Below, one piece after another: positions 1 to 11,000 of a DNA stretch of 64,000 nt. The position numbers were made by a program, and so were the translations under genes. Position 1 is the stretch's first letter. The number at the start of each line of letters is the position of its first letter. The stretch comes from an uncultured Dehalococcoidaceae bacterium (lineage in GTDB: Bacteria > Chloroflexota > Dehalococcoidia > Dehalococcoidales > RBG-16-60-22), in the NCBI GenBank assembly GCA_964615345.1, contig CAZTMR010000002.1, positions 17,428 through 81,427 of the forward strand. The letters run 5' to 3'. The notes beneath the pieces are model-generated. The model did not search any database. It saw only the letters and a program-made list of their open reading frames with translations, and was not told where the DNA came from.

Positions 1-705
1 GTCCTGGGGGACGCCCAGCGGCTCGGTTTCCACGCCGCCGCGGCGGAAGGGAATGGTGCGGCCGAGGAACTGCACCTGCTCGTCGGTGAAAGCCGCCCCT
101 TCCGTCTGTATCGGGCCCGGGTTCACCACGTTAACGTTTATCCCGTATTTGCCTACCCATCTCGCCGCCAGCATGGTCAGGCCCATAACCCCCGCTTTAG
201 ACGCGGAGTAAGCCGGACTGGAAAAATAGCCGCCGTTCTGCCCGGCCAGCGAGCCGATGGTGATAATCTTCCCGTAGCGCCGTTCAATCATCGGTCTCAG
301 CACCGCCCGCATACAGTAGTAGACGCCGCTAAGGTCAACGGCAATCTGCTCCGCCCACTGCTCGTCGGTGGCGTCCAGGAAGGGGTTCATCTCCGCCACT
401 TTTTTCTGGCTGCCCACGGACTGGGGAAGGGTGGCGGCGTTATTGACCAAGATATCAATCTTGCCGAACTCATCCAGTACTTTCCGCACCGCCGCTTCCA
501 CCTGTGAGCTATCAGCAACGTCCGCGGTAATGGCCAGCGCTTTTCTGCCCAGGGTTTCCACCGCACGGGCGGTCTGCTGCAAAGGCGCCAGCGTCCGCCC
601 CAGGACGGTGATATCCGCCCCCTCACGCGCCAGGTTCAGGGCGATGGCCTTGCCCAGCCCCCGGCCGCCGCCGGTAATCATGGCTACTCTTTCCGGTACT
701 TCCAT
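1..705 (-). CDS. Short-chain dehydrogenase/reductase (FabG-like 3-oxoacyl reductase), C-terminus cut by window edge
   Basis: Own reverse-strand translation from ATG at 705: MEVPERVAMITGGGRGLGKAIALNLAREGADITVL (TGxxxGxG) and later YSASKAG (YxxxK). No stop inside the window, so it is absent from the ORF track. Confidence 0.85.
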   Translation of the reverse strand, partial: MEVPERVAMITGGGRGLGKAIALNLAREGADITVLGRTLAPLQQTARAVETLGRKALAITADVADSSQVEAAVRKVLDEFGKIDILVNNAATLPQSVGSQKKVAEMNPFLDATDEQWAEQIAVDLSGVYYCMRAVLRPMIERRYGKIITIGSLAGQNGGYFSSPAYSASKAGVMGLTMLAARWVGKYGINVNVVNPGPIQTEGAAFTDEQVQFLGRTIPFRRGGVETEPLGVPQD

Positions 706-780
706 TTTTCTCGCCTGCCTCCTTATAAAATCGTTTAAAAATGATGGGAAGGAAAAGGGTCCCGTCAGGGCCACGCCTGG

Positions 781-1584
781 CTACAGGACAATGAATATAT
801 AATACAGGTAGACGGCCACTCCGGCAAAGACCGGGCTGTCCATCCGGTCAAGAAAACCGCCGTGTCCCGGCAACGCGCGGCCGGAGTCCCCGGCGCCAGC
901 ATTGCGCTTGAGCAGTGACTCTACCAGGTCTCCGAGCTGTCCGAAGACGCTGACCAGAACCCCCAGGAACACCGCCTGCCCGTAGCCGACGGGCAGGGCC
1001 AGCGGCGTGTCCAGGGTGAAAAGCAGGCCCACCAGGACGGCGCCAAAAACGCCGGCAACGGCACCCTCCCGGGTCTTCTTCGGGCTGATGCGGGGAGCCA
1101 GGGGATGTCTGCCCAACCACCGGCCGATGAAGAAAGCAGCCGTATCCGACGCGAAGGTGGTGAGGAAGACAAAGAACACCCAGTTCCGGCCCGCTTCCAG
1201 CCGGAGGGCCACCAGAAAACTGAGCAGCCAGCCCACGTACAGGATGCCGGCCGTAGTTGCCGCCCAGCGAAAAAACGTACCTTCCGCCTGCGGCCGCAGG
1301 ACGAGCCATATCAGCGGCAGCACCACCGCCGAAGCCAGCAGTGCCGAAAAGGTGTAACCGTCCCTGAAGTAGGGGCTGATGATAAAGAACAGCGTCCAGA
1401 GCAGCCCGAATGCGGTGAGAGATTTCGTGCGGGAAACCGCGGTCAGCCGGTAAAATTCAAAGACGGCCAGTATTCCCCAGACCGCCGCCAGCACCGTGAA
1501 CCAGGGTAGAGGTGAATCAAACCAGATAATGACGGCCAGGACGGGAACACCTGCCAGCGCCGTGACAACCCTTTTCCTGAGCAT
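781..1584 (-). CDS. cdsA: Phosphatidate cytidylyltransferase
   Basis: ORF 781..1701; multi-TM; C-terminal CDS signature 'KRNAGAGDSGRALPGHGGFLDRMDS'. Start moved to ATG 1584 (MLRKRVV...), 7 nt after the uppS stop; the longer call overlaps uppS. Confidence 0.85.
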   Translation of the reverse strand: MLRKRVVTALAGVPVLAVIIWFDSPLPWFTVLAAVWGILAVFEFYRLTAVSRTKSLTAFGLLWTLFFIISPYFRDGYTFSALLASAVVLPLIWLVLRPQAEGTFFRWAATTAGILYVGWLLSFLVALRLEAGRNWVFFVFLTTFASDTAAFFIGRWLGRHPLAPRISPKKTREGAVAGVFGAVLVGLLFTLDTPLALPVGYGQAVFLGVLVSVFGQLGDLVESLLKRNAGAGDSGRALPGHGGFLDRMDSPVFAGVAVYLYYIFIVL

Positions 1585-1591
1585 ACCGTGT

Positions 1592-2311
1592 TCACAACAG
1601 GGCGCCGAAACGCCTTTCCCGCTGACTGTAGGCAAGCAGCGCTTCGTCGATATCACCTTTGCCAAAGTCCGGCCAGAGGACCTTGGTAAAGTAGTATTCA
1701 CTATAGGCGGTCTGCCATATCAGGAAATTGCTCAGCCGCACCTCGTCCGCGGTGCGTATCAGCAGGTCGACGTCAGGCAGGCCGGCGGTATAGAGGTAGT
1801 CAGAGACCAGTTTTTCGTCTATCTTTTCCGGAGAGATACCCGCCGCAACGATGCGGCGCACCGCATCGACGATTTCGAGACGTCCGCCGTAGTTGAAAGC
1901 GAGGCTGAGGACCATTCCCGGGTTATCCCTGGTCAGCTCTATAGCGTTATTGACCGAGTCCTGGAGCCACTGCGGCAGCTCGGCAAGACGTCCCAGGTGT
2001 TTTACCCGGACGCCTTTCCGGTGAAGTCTGGGAACGTCCTTTTCAATTCTTTCCTTCAGAATCTGAAAAAGGCCGCTTATCTCTTCTTCCGGCCGCGCCC
2101 AGTTTTCCGAGGAAAAACCGTAGAGGGTGACGTACTTCACGCCGTAATCATTGAGGTATTCAATGATGGTGCGCATATTTTTTACCCCGGAGCGGTGTCC
2201 GCGCAGCCGGGATTGCCCGCGCTGTTCCGCCCACCGCCCGTTGCCGTCCGGCACGATGGCAACGTGCGCGGGAAGGCGTTTCAGTTCTGGATTCATTTTC
2301 ACCACCGCCAT
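1592..2311 (-). CDS. uppS: Undecaprenyl-diphosphate synthase (cis-prenyltransferase)
   Basis: 'HVAIVPDGNGRWA' and 'FSSENWARP' hallmark motifs; sits in the frr-uppS-cdsA context. Alternative start at ATG 2296. Confidence 0.9.
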   Translation of the reverse strand: MAVVKMNPELKRLPAHVAIVPDGNGRWAEQRGQSRLRGHRSGVKNMRTIIEYLNDYGVKYVTLYGFSSENWARPEEEISGLFQILKERIEKDVPRLHRKGVRVKHLGRLAELPQWLQDSVNNAIELTRDNPGMVLSLAFNYGGRLEIVDAVRRIVAAGISPEKIDEKLVSDYLYTAGLPDVDLLIRTADEVRLSNFLIWQTAYSEYYFTKVLWPDFGKGDIDEALLAYSQRERRFGALL

Positions 2312-2331
2312 CCGGGAAGGCCGGAGCCGGG

Positions 2332-2889
2332 CTAGACTTCCATCAGTTCCGCTTCTTTGTCCCGCCCGATTTTTTCAATATCTTTGGTGTGGGCATCGAT
2401 GAGCGTTTGCAGTCGTTCCAGGGCGCGCTTGTGCTCGTCCTGAGATATTTCCTTGTCTTTTTCCAGTTTCTTCAGCTCGCTCATTGCCTCGTGCCTCAAG
2501 TTGCGCAGAGCCACTTTTCTCTCTTCCAGGCGCTTTCGCACTACCTTTATCATCTCCTGGCGGCGCTCTTCAGAAAGCGGGGGGATGTTTATGCGGATGA
2601 GGTTGCCGCTGACGGAGGGATTCAAGCCGAGGTCCGATTTCTGGATGGCTTTTGCAATGCCGGAGGTAACGTTCCTGTCCCAGGGCTGAATCACCAGCAG
2701 TCTGGCCTCCGGGGCAGAGATACCGGCCAGCTGGTAGAGCGGCGTGGGCACGCCGGCATAGTCAACCTTTATATGCTCGACGAGAGAAGGTGAAGCGTGT
2801 CCGGTGCGTACAGAGGCCAGGTCTTTTTTCAGACCGGTCACGGTGGCTTTCATTTTTTCTTCGGTTCGGTTAAAAGTGTCCTCAATCAT
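2332..2889 (-). CDS. frr: Ribosome recycling factor
   Basis: 185 aa with typical RRF sequence (VRTGHASPSLVEHIKVDYAGVPTPL...NLRHEA) in the pyrH-frr context. Confidence 0.95.
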   Translation of the reverse strand: MIEDTFNRTEEKMKATVTGLKKDLASVRTGHASPSLVEHIKVDYAGVPTPLYQLAGISAPEARLLVIQPWDRNVTSGIAKAIQKSDLGLNPSVSGNLIRINIPPLSEERRQEMIKVVRKRLEERKVALRNLRHEAMSELKKLEKDKEISQDEHKRALERLQTLIDAHTKDIEKIGRDKEAELMEV

Positions 2890-2893
2890 TGGC

Positions 2894-3616
2894 TTACTCG
2901 CTTGATACCAGTGTGCCGATGGTCTCCCCGTTTACCGCCTTTTCCAGGCTGCGGGGCGCTTTCAGGTCAAAGACGATTATGGGCAGCCGGTTCTCCAGGC
3001 AGAGGGATAAAGCGGTGGCGTCCATCACCGCCAGGCGCAGGTTCAGGGCTTCCATATAGGTCAGCTTATCAAATTTCCGGGCGGCGGGGTCTTCATTAGG
3101 GTCGGCGCTGTAGATGCCGTCCACGTTATTCTTGGTCATCAGCAGGACTTCAGCGCCAATCTCAATCGCCCGCAGCGCCGCTGCGGTATCGGTAGTCATA
3201 TAGGGATTGCCGGTGCCGGCGGCGAAGATAACCGCCCGGCCTTTTTCCAGGTGGCGCACCGCCCGCCGGCGGATGAAAAGCTCAGCCACCTGGCTGATGC
3301 CGATGGATGACTGCGTTCTGGTGTCCACTCCTTCCCGCTCCAGCACGTCCTGGAGAGAGAGCGCGTTTATCACCGTGGCCAGCATACCGGCGTAGTCAGC
3401 GGTCACCCGGTCCATACCGCTTGCTTCCGCCTCCGCTCCCCGCCAGATATTGCCACCCCCGACGACGATGCCTACGCCGACGCCCATCTCCCGCACCTGT
3501 TTTATCTGACGGGCGATACCGGTGAGGGTAGCGGCGTCAATACCGCGCTCTGACTTGCCCCCGAAAGCCTCTCCGCTGAGCTTGAGCAGAACACGCTTGT
3601 ACCTGGTGGCAGACAT
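2894..3616 (-). CDS. pyrH: Uridylate (UMP) kinase
   Basis: '[13 protein letters not shown]', '[10 protein letters not shown]' and '[20 protein letters not shown]' motifs. Confidence 0.95.
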   Translation of the reverse strand: MSATRYKRVLLKLSGEAFGGKSERGIDAATLTGIARQIKQVREMGVGVGIVVGGGNIWRGAEAEASGMDRVTADYAGMLATVINALSLQDVLEREGVDTRTQSSIGISQVAELFIRRRAVRHLEKGRAVIFAAGTGNPYMTTDTAAALRAIEIGAEVLLMTKNNVDGIYSADPNEDPAARKFDKLTYMEALNLRLAVMDATALSLCLENRLPIIVFDLKAPRSLEKAVNGETIGTLVSSE

Positions 3617-3624
3617 AGTCTCGG

Positions 3625-4128
3625 TCAGTTTCCCAGCTCGAACCGGGCAAACCGTCTTACCCTGATATTTTCACCCACTTTAGCCACGGTTTCGATAATC
3701 AGGTCCCGGATGTTTATCCCGGCGTCCCGGATATAAGGTTGAAGCAGCAGGCAGGCTACTTCAGGTTCGGCGTCGGTTCCCTCCGGCATATCCGGCTCAT
3801 CAATACAGAGCGGCGCCTGCGCCGCCACCTGCATCGCCAGGTTGTGCGCCAGCTCTTTAAACTCATCGGTACGGGCGACGAAATCCGTCTCGCAGTTCAC
3901 TTCCACCATCGCTCCGATGCGTCCACCGGTGTGGATATAAGCTTCAACCAGTCCTTCAGTGGTAACCCGCTCCGCTTTTTTCTCCGCCTGGAGCAGCCCT
4001 TTCTCTTTCAGTATCTGGAGCGCTTTATCCATGTCTCCCTCGGTCTGAAGGAGGACGTTCCGGCAGTCCATCACGCCGGCGCCGCACTGCTCCCGCAACG
4101 CCTTAATCGTCTCAATCGAGATTTCCAA
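3625..4128 (-). CDS. tsf: Elongation factor Ts (short 167-aa form)
   Basis: N-terminal UBA-like '[29 protein letters not shown]' and '[13 protein letters not shown]'; directly downstream of rpsB. Confidence 0.9.
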   Translation of the reverse strand: MEISIETIKALREQCGAGVMDCRNVLLQTEGDMDKALQILKEKGLLQAEKKAERVTTEGLVEAYIHTGGRIGAMVEVNCETDFVARTDEFKELAHNLAMQVAAQAPLCIDEPDMPEGTDAEPEVACLLLQPYIRDAGINIRDLIIETVAKVGENIRVRRFARFELGN

Positions 4129-4142
4129 GTAGCTTTCCTCCC

Positions 4143-4931
4143 TTATTCCTCTTCGGGTGTAAAAATCAGCGGCTCCGAGGTTTCGACGAGTTCCATTTCG
4201 ACACCGCTTTCTTCCGCGCTCTCTTCCTCCGACGGCACCATGCCAAAGGTGTCCTTGCCTTCCAGGACCGCATCCGCGATTTTACTGGTTATCAGCCGGA
4301 TGGCCCGGATAGCGTCATCATTGGCCGGGATGGGATAGTCAATATCATCCGGGTTGCAGTTGGTATCGACGATGGCCACCACCGGAATACTCATCCGCCG
4401 GGCTTCCGCGAGGGCGATATGTTCCCTTATGGGGTCAATAATAAAGAGGGCGCCGGGAAGAGAGGTCATCTCTTTGAATCCGCCCATCTGGCGGTTCAGC
4501 TTCTCTATCTCCTCACTTATCTTCAGGACCTCTTTCTTGGAAAGCCGACCGAATTCACCGCGGGAGAGCTGGTCTTCCATCCGGACCAGGTGATCAATGC
4601 GGGTCTGGATGGTGGCGAAATTGGTCAGCATTCCGCCCAACCAGCGCTGGTCAACGTAGTACATGCCGCAACGCTGTGCTTCTTCCACCACCGATTCCTG
4701 CGCCTGTTTCTTGGTGCCGACAAACAGGATGGTGCCGCCTTCCGAAACCAGGTCCCGGACGAACTGACAGGCCTTCTGCAGTTTGACGGCCGTCTGCTCC
4801 AGGTCAATGATGTGGATTCCGTTCCGTTTGGTGAAGATATGTTTCTTCATTCTGGGATGCCAGCGCCCGGTCTGGTGTCCGAAGTGCGCTCCGGCTTCCA
4901 GCAATTGCTTGATACTGACTGTCTCCGGCAA
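4143..4931 (-). CDS. rpsB: 30S ribosomal protein S2
   Basis: '[24 protein letters not shown]', '[13 protein letters not shown]'. TTG start preceded by an AGGGGGG SD. Confidence 0.95.
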   Translation of the reverse strand: MPETVSIKQLLEAGAHFGHQTGRWHPRMKKHIFTKRNGIHIIDLEQTAVKLQKACQFVRDLVSEGGTILFVGTKKQAQESVVEEAQRCGMYYVDQRWLGGMLTNFATIQTRIDHLVRMEDQLSRGEFGRLSKKEVLKISEEIEKLNRQMGGFKEMTSLPGALFIIDPIREHIALAEARRMSIPVVAIVDTNCNPDDIDYPIPANDDAIRAIRLITSKIADAVLEGKDTFGMVPSEEESAEESGVEMELVETSEPLIFTPEEE

Positions 4932-4988
4932 ATTCTCGCCCCCCTTTGCTCCCTTTCAGACTGATAAAATGGTACTTTGCCGATTACC

Positions 4989-5017
4989 AGTATAGCACAG
5001 AGGTAAAGCGCGGGGCA
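4989..5017 (-). promoter_or_regulatory. Putative sigma70-type promoter of rpsB-tsf
   Basis: Minus strand reads TTGCCC, 17 nt, (TGc)TATACT; about 55 nt upstream of the rpsB start. Confidence 0.4.
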
Positions 5018-5044
5018 ACCGCCAGCCTCCGATAGGGACGTTAC

Positions 5045-5073
5045 TTGACAAACCAGCCGGGCGGTGTTAAACT
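5045..5073 (+). promoter_or_regulatory. Putative promoter of the Trp T-box leader / trpB2
   Basis: TTGACA (5045-5050), 17 nt, TAAACT (5068-5073). Confidence 0.45.
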
Positions 5074-5079
5074 CCCCTC

Positions 5080-5388
5080 ATAAATCCGTAAAGGCTGGGA
5101 ACAGGGCTAGTAAGCTCCAGAGCGGGGCACAGAGAGTCGGGTAAGCTGTGAGCCGATGCCAGCGCGGGAGCCGAATGGGCCTGGGAGCCGCAAACCGAAC
5201 GTTAGCCTGTGGCTGACCAGTAGGCTTTGCCGCCGGGGAAGCGTTATCAAGTCCCGGGGTACGGGGGCAAGCACAGCCGCTGTCCCTGTTCCGTAAAGAT
5301 GGCCGGTGCCTCTTCCCGGGGTGCGGCCAAGAAGGGTGGTACCGCGGAGGCTTGCCTCTCGCCCCTTTCCGGGTGAGAGGCTTTTTTG
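5080..5388 (+). promoter_or_regulatory. T-box leader (tRNA-sensing transcription attenuator), probably Trp-specific
   Basis: Canonical T-box sequence 'AAGAAGGGTGGTACCGCGG' (core 5334-5346) immediately 5' of a terminator. Stem I elements AGAGAG (5131-5136) and GCTGTGA are present. Candidate specifier 'GAA-UGG-G' at 5176-5178. The downstream gene is trpB2. Confidence 0.8.
5354..5388 (+). terminator. Intrinsic terminator of the T-box leader
   Basis: GCCTCTCGCCC / GGGTGAGAGGC form an 11-bp stem with a 6-nt loop, followed by TTTTTTG. The 5' arm can alternatively pair with the T-box sequence as an antiterminator. Confidence 0.75.
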
Positions 5389-5498
5389 TTTCTCCAGTGT
5401 ACGGGTTTAAGCGGAGGATAAGAAAACGGCCCCGGCCGGCCGGGGTAAATATCCGAACCGGGCCAAAAAAGGTTACACACAAGGAATAAGGAGGCGAA

Positions 5499-6860
5499 AT
5501 GGAAACCACCAAGTATATTCTCAGCGAAAAAGAGATGCCCACTTCCTGGTACAACGTCCTGCCCGACCTGCCCACACCTCTCCCCCCCGAACTTCACCCC
5601 GGCACCAAGGAACCCACCATCCTGCCGCCACCCCTTTTCCCGGCCGCGGTAAACGAGCAGGAGTACAGCCAGGAGCGCTACATCGAAATCCCGGAGGAGG
5701 TCCAGGAGATTTACCATATCTGGAGGCCGACCAACCTGCACCGGGCGCGCCGGCTGGAAAAAGCCCTGGATACGCCCGCCAGGATCTTCTACAAGTACGA
5801 GGGAACGAGCCCGGCGGGGAGCCACAAGCTGAACACCGCCGTGGCGCAGGCATACTACAACAAGAAAGAGGGCATTACCCGGCTGTCTACCGAGACCGGC
5901 GCCGGGCAGTGGGGCAGCGCCTTGTCCCTGGGGTGCCGGTTCTTCGGCATAGAGCTGAAAGTGTATATGGTCAAGGTCAGCTACCACCAGAAACCCTACC
6001 GGCGCATCCTGATGGAGAGCTGGGGATCCCGGGTGGTACCCAGTCCCAGCCAGGACACGGAAACCGGGCGCCGCATACTGGCGGAAGACCCGGACGCCAC
6101 CGGCAGCCTGGGAATCGCCATCAGCGAGGCAATCGAGGACGCCTTCGGACGGGATGATACTCATTACTCCATAGGCAGCGTGGCCAATCACGTCCTGCTC
6201 CACCAGACCATCATCGGGGAGGAGTCCATCAAGCAGATGGAGATGGCGGACGCTTACCCGGATATCGTCGTCGGCTGTATCGGCGGCGGCTCCAACTTCG
6301 CCGGGATGTTTTTACCCTGGATTAAAGACAAGCTCAGCGGCAAAAAGCCGGACCTGCGCATTATCTGCGCCGAGCCGCAGGCCTGCCCCACCCTGACCAG
6401 AGGCCCGTATACGTGGGACTTCGGCGATGTGGCCGGCATGGCGCCGATACTCAAGATGCACACCCTGGGGCACGCCTTTGTGCCGCCTCCGGTCCACGCC
6501 GGTGGTCTCCGCTACCACGGAATGGCGCCGATTATCTGCCACCTCTATGAGATGGGGATGGTGGAAGCCAGAGCGGAATACCAGCTTCCGGTGTTTGAGG
6601 CCGGCATCCAGTTTGCCCGGACGGAAGGCATCATTCCCGCCCCGGAACCATCCCACGCCGTCAAGGTAGCCATTGACGAAGCGCTGGCCTGCAAGCAGTC
6701 CGGTGAGGCAAAGAACATTCTGCTGGCGCTGAGCGGCCACGGCCACTTCGACCTGGGGGCTTATGATGAGTACCTTTCCGGCAATCTCCAGGACTTCGAG
6801 TTCCCCGAGGACAAGATGAAAGAGGCCCTGGCCTCCCTGCCGGAAGTGCCTCTCGGCTGA
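5499..6860 (+). CDS. trpB2: TrpB2-type tryptophan synthase beta-like PLP enzyme (stand-alone)
   Basis: 453 aa with the long N-terminal extension typical of TrpB2; '[17 protein letters not shown]', '[12 protein letters not shown]'. No other trp genes are adjacent. Confidence 0.9.
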   Translation: METTKYILSEKEMPTSWYNVLPDLPTPLPPELHPGTKEPTILPPPLFPAAVNEQEYSQERYIEIPEEVQEIYHIWRPTNLHRARRLEKALDTPARIFYKYEGTSPAGSHKLNTAVAQAYYNKKEGITRLSTETGAGQWGSALSLGCRFFGIELKVYMVKVSYHQKPYRRILMESWGSRVVPSPSQDTETGRRILAEDPDATGSLGIAISEAIEDAFGRDDTHYSIGSVANHVLLHQTIIGEESIKQMEMADAYPDIVVGCIGGGSNFAGMFLPWIKDKLSGKKPDLRIICAEPQACPTLTRGPYTWDFGDVAGMAPILKMHTLGHAFVPPPVHAGGLRYHGMAPIICHLYEMGMVEARAEYQLPVFEAGIQFARTEGIIPAPEPSHAVKVAIDEALACKQSGEAKNILLALSGHGHFDLGAYDEYLSGNLQDFEFPEDKMKEALASLPEVPLG

Positions 6861-6876
6861 TATGACAGACAGTGGC

Positions 6877-6913
6877 GGGGGCCGGGTGGTATTCTCCCCG
6901 GCTCCCGGTTTGT
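6877..6913 (+). terminator. Putative intrinsic terminator after trpB2
   Basis: GGGGGCCGGG / CCCGGCTCCC form a 10-bp stem (one G-U) with a 10-nt loop, followed by GGTTTGT (weak U tract). Confidence 0.45.
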
Positions 6914-6948
6914 CCTGCTGAAAGCGGTGTGATAAAATTGAAACAGCC

Positions 6949-8091
6949 ATGTTGAGAAGAGTCATAATTCTGGTGGCTGTTTCCCTGCTGCTGGTGCTAC
7001 CTCTCCTGGCGGGTGCCGGCTGCGCCATGCCGTATATCGATATCGAACCGGCGCCACCCACCAGCCCCGCACCGTCACCGGAACCGGCGGCGTCTCCGGA
7101 GCCGATAGACCCGGCCTGGACAGCGCCGGCTTCCGGCGTCCGGGGCCCGGAGTTGCCCAGCATCGCCGATGTCGTCGCCAGGGTCAGGCCTTCCGTAGTG
7201 GCCATCAATACCGAGGCGGTATCCTTTGACTTCTTCAATCGACCTTTCACCGAGGAAGGAGCCGGCTCCGGGTGGATACTGGACCCGGACGGTATCATCG
7301 TCACCAATAACCACGTGGTGGAAGGGGCGGACACGATAACCGTCTCCATGGGTGACGGCAGCACCTACACCGTGGATACGAGCTCCGTTTTCACCGACCA
7401 GCTGAATGACCTGGCCATTATCAAGATAGACGCCACGGGGCTTCCGGCGCTGGAGACAGGGTATTCGTCCGAGATGAGAGTAGGCGACTGGGTGGTGGCC
7501 ATCGGCAACGCTCTCGGGCAGGGGATACGGGCCACCCAGGGAATCGTCAGCCGCCACGGAGTAACCATTCCCATAAACCAGGGGCAGACCCTGTACGACC
7601 TCATCGAGACCAGCGCGGCGATCAACCCCGGTAACAGCGGCGGGCCGCTGCTGAACCTGGCCGGAGAAGTTATCGGCATCACCAGCGCCAAAATCGCTAC
7701 CGTGGGCGTGGAGGGGATGTGTTACGCCATCAGCACGGAAACCGCCCTGCCCATTATAGAGGCGCTGGTACAGAACGGATACGTGGTCCGGCCCTGGCTG
7801 GGGGTGGCCCTGTACACGGTGGACCAGTTCGCCGTATCAAGGTACGAACTGTCCGTGGACGAAGGCGTGCTGGTTACCCGGCTGGTAGCGGGAAGTCCGG
7901 CGGCCGAGGCCGGGCTGGAAGCGGGTGACGTCATTGCCAGCATTGACGGGAAAAGCGTGACCAGAGCCGAGCAGGTGATACGGCTAATCCATTCCGCGGA
8001 AGTAGGCCAGAGAATAGAGATAACCTACTGGCGCGGGGAGACGCGGCATACTACCTCCGCGGTCCTTACCGAAATCCCGCCGCCGGCCTAG
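6949..8091 (+). CDS. HtrA/DegP-family trypsin-like serine protease with C-terminal PDZ domain; probable lipoprotein
   Basis: 'TNNHVV', 'DLAIIKI', 'GNSGGPLLN' (His/Asp/Ser triad context); PDZ-like 'GSPAAEAGLEAGDVIASIDG'. Signal peptide ends 'LLAGAGC' (lipobox-like). Pro/Ala/Ser linker. Confidence 0.9.
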   Translation: MLRRVIILVAVSLLLVLPLLAGAGCAMPYIDIEPAPPTSPAPSPEPAASPEPIDPAWTAPASGVRGPELPSIADVVARVRPSVVAINTEAVSFDFFNRPFTEEGAGSGWILDPDGIIVTNNHVVEGADTITVSMGDGSTYTVDTSSVFTDQLNDLAIIKIDATGLPALETGYSSEMRVGDWVVAIGNALGQGIRATQGIVSRHGVTIPINQGQTLYDLIETSAAINPGNSGGPLLNLAGEVIGITSAKIATVGVEGMCYAISTETALPIIEALVQNGYVVRPWLGVALYTVDQFAVSRYELSVDEGVLVTRLVAGSPAAEAGLEAGDVIASIDGKSVTRAEQVIRLIHSAEVGQRIEITYWRGETRHTTSAVLTEIPPPA

Positions 8092-11000
8092 GACAGCTTT
8101 TTCACGCCCAGGACAAGGGTATTTTCGCCCAGACGGTAGCTTTCAGAAAACACCCCCTCTTCCGGCACGTTCTCCACGAGCTGTTCGGAAAGCGTTTCCT
8201 GCCTGATGTAGTCGGCGAAGCCGGTGATGACTTCTCTCAGGTAAGTATCACCGTCATAGTAGGTTATGATGTGGTCGGCGATATCGAACCCGGCGGCGCG
8301 GCGCATATTCTGTAGCCGCCGCACCACCTCCCGTGCGGCCCCTTCCGCGGCCAGTTCCGGGGTAATCTGCGTATCAATGGCCACGGCCGAGTTTCCGGAG
8401 GCGCTAAGGACGTACCTCGGCTCGCTCAGCCGGGTGATATCATCGACGGCTTCAATCTCTTTCACGTTGACCTCTTCCCTTATCTGGTAGGCAAAGCGCA
8501 GGGCCGCTTTCTGGAGCTTCTCCGGCTTGACGCTTACCGCCATGCGGGCAATCGGCTGGCGCACCTTGATGCCGGCCTTGCTCCGGGCCGCGCGGCCGAG
8601 GCTGGACAGCTCCTTGACAATCTGGACCTCCGCCATAACGTGTTTGTCAATCCGGTCCCTATCCGACACCGGAAAATCAGCCAGGTGGACGCTCTCCGGG
8701 GCCTGCGGGAACACAGTGCAGACCAGGTTCCGGTACATCTCCTCCGCGAGGAAGGGAGTAAACGGCGCCATCAGTTTGGTCAGAGTTACCAGGCAGTGAT
8801 AGAGCGTGTGGTAGGCAGCCAGTTTATCCGCGTCATTTTCACTCTTCCAGAAGCGGCGGCGGCTCCGCCGCACGTACCAGTTGGAGAGGTCATCCACGAA
8901 GCTTTCTATTTTCCGGCCGCCCTCGGTGGGATTGTAGTTTTCCAGCGCCTCATCGACATCGATGATGAGCTGGTTCAGTTCGGAGAGGACCCACCGGTCC
9001 AGCTCCGAGTGGCTTTCCGCCGGTCCCGCACCGGGAACGAAATTATCAATATTGGCATAGTTCACGAAAAAGGAGTAGACGTTCCACAGGGTGAGCAGGA
9101 AGCGGCGGGTTACTTCCGCCACCGCCTTTTCCGCGAAGCGGCGCACGTTACCCGCCGAGGTGGACGTGTAAAAGTACCAGCGCAGCGGGTCAGCCCCGTA
9201 CTTATTGATAACCTGCCAGGGCTCAATGACGTTTCCCTTTGCCTTGCTCATCTTTTCACCCCGGGCGTCCAGGATATGGCCCAGGCAGATGACGTTCTGG
9301 AAGCAGGGGCGGTCAAAAAGCAGCGTGGAGATGGCGTGCAGGCTGTAAAACCAGCCCCGGGTCTGGTCTATCGCCTCACAGATAAAATCGGCCGGGAAGC
9401 GCCCGTCCTGGAGGAGGGTCTCATTTTCAAACGGGTAGTGGTGCTGGGCCACGGGCATCGCCCCGGAATCAAACCAGCAATCGATGACCTCCGGGACCCG
9501 TTTCATCTCCCCGCCACACTTCGCGCAGTCGAAAGTCATCTCGTCGACGTAGGGGCGGTGCAGGTCCGGGGGCTCCCGCCAGCCGCGGAATCCCGGCTTC
9601 TGTTTCAGTTCTTCCGTACCCCCGATGCACTCGGTCTCTTCACAGGCAGCGCAGCGCCAGACGGGCAGCGGCGTTCCCCAGTAGCGCTCACGGGAAAACG
9701 CCCAGTCCACGTTATTTTCCAGCCAGTCCCCGAAGCGCCCGTGCTTGATGTGCTCCGGGTACCAGTTTATCTGCGCGTTGCCCGCCAGCAGGCCCTCTTT
9801 CACCGCCGTGGTGCGGATGTACCAGCTCTGCTTCACGTAATAGAGCAGGGGTGTTTCACAGCGCCAGCAGAAGGGGTAGGTGTGCCGTATCGTCTCGCTC
9901 TTGAAGAGGAGCCCCTTTTCCCGCAACGCTTCCAGCACCAGCGGGTCAGCTTCCTTGACGAACTTGCCGGCGAAAGAAAAGTTGCCGGTCATTTTCCCCT
10001 GCAGGTCCACCGGCTGGACAAAGTCCAGCCCGCGTTCCATACCCGCCTCAAAGTCAACTTCACCGAAGGCCGGCGCCGTATGCACGATGCCGGTGCCGTC
10101 CTCCAGCGAAACAAAGTCAGTATCAATCACAGGATAATTGAAAAGACCGGGTTTTTGCCGCTTAGCGTCCGGTGACGTTTTTCTTTTTCCGGTGAGGCCG
10201 GTCACCTTGACCCCGTAATCGAAGGGGTTGAACAGGGGTTCGTAGCGCAGTCCCGCCAGGTCACTGCCTTTCACCGCAGCCACCACCGGTGCCTCGCCCA
10301 GTCCCACCGCTTCCTGCCGGGCCGCCGCCAGGATGATGAACTCGTCTTCCTTTTCCACGATGACGTAATCAGCATCGGCGTTCACCGCGAGGGCGGTATT
10401 GCCGGGGAGAGTCCAGGGGGTGGTGGTCCAGGCGAGCAGATATACGGGCCGGTCCCCGGCCAGCTTCAGCAGCCAGCCGGCGAAATCCGCCACCCGGTCG
10501 CCGCAGGTCTTGCGCATCCGGGAAAGGGAGCCGGACGTCTCATAGGCCGACCTGGCCAGCTTGAACTTTATGTAAACAGACGGGTCTTCCACGTCATCCC
10601 GGTAGCCCAGGGCGACCTCATGGGAGCTGAGCGAGGTGCCGCAGCGCGGGCAGTGAGCGGCCGTCTTGTAGCCCTGATAAACCAGGCCTTTGTCCCACAT
10701 CTGCTTTATGGACCACCAGACCGTCTCTATATAGTCATTCTTCATGGTCACGTAGGGGTGCTCCAGGTCTATCCAGAAGCCGATGCGCCGGGTCATGTTT
10801 TCCCATTCTTTGAGATAGCTGAACACGCTTTCCCGGCAGCGGGCGTTGAATTTATCAATGCCGTACTCCTCAATCTGGGGCTTGGTGGGCAGGCCGAGTT
10901 GCTTCTCTATCTCCAGCTCCACCGGCAGGCCGTGCGTATCCCAGCCGGCGATGCGCGGGGTGTAATAACCTTTCATCGCCCGATGGCGCGGGATGATGTC

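Noticed and set aside
5078-5575. 165-aa minus-strand ORF covering the rpsB/trpB2 intergenic region.
   Set aside because: The region is fully explained by a T-box leader on the + strand. The ORF product has no motif and would overlap the trpB2 start.
8640-10175. 511-aa ORF on the + strand, antisense to ileS. Similar long antisense ORFs occur at 21210..22772, 44516..46537, 37420..39027, 40276..41628, 46372..47736, 34857..36224, 32573..33847, 6312..7364, 5247..6203 and 42277..43416.
   Set aside because: Each lies opposite a gene with unmistakable conserved family motifs. Their translations are Arg/Gly/Pro/His-rich low-complexity strings without any recognisable motif. This is typical of stop-codon-poor shadow frames in GC-rich DNA.
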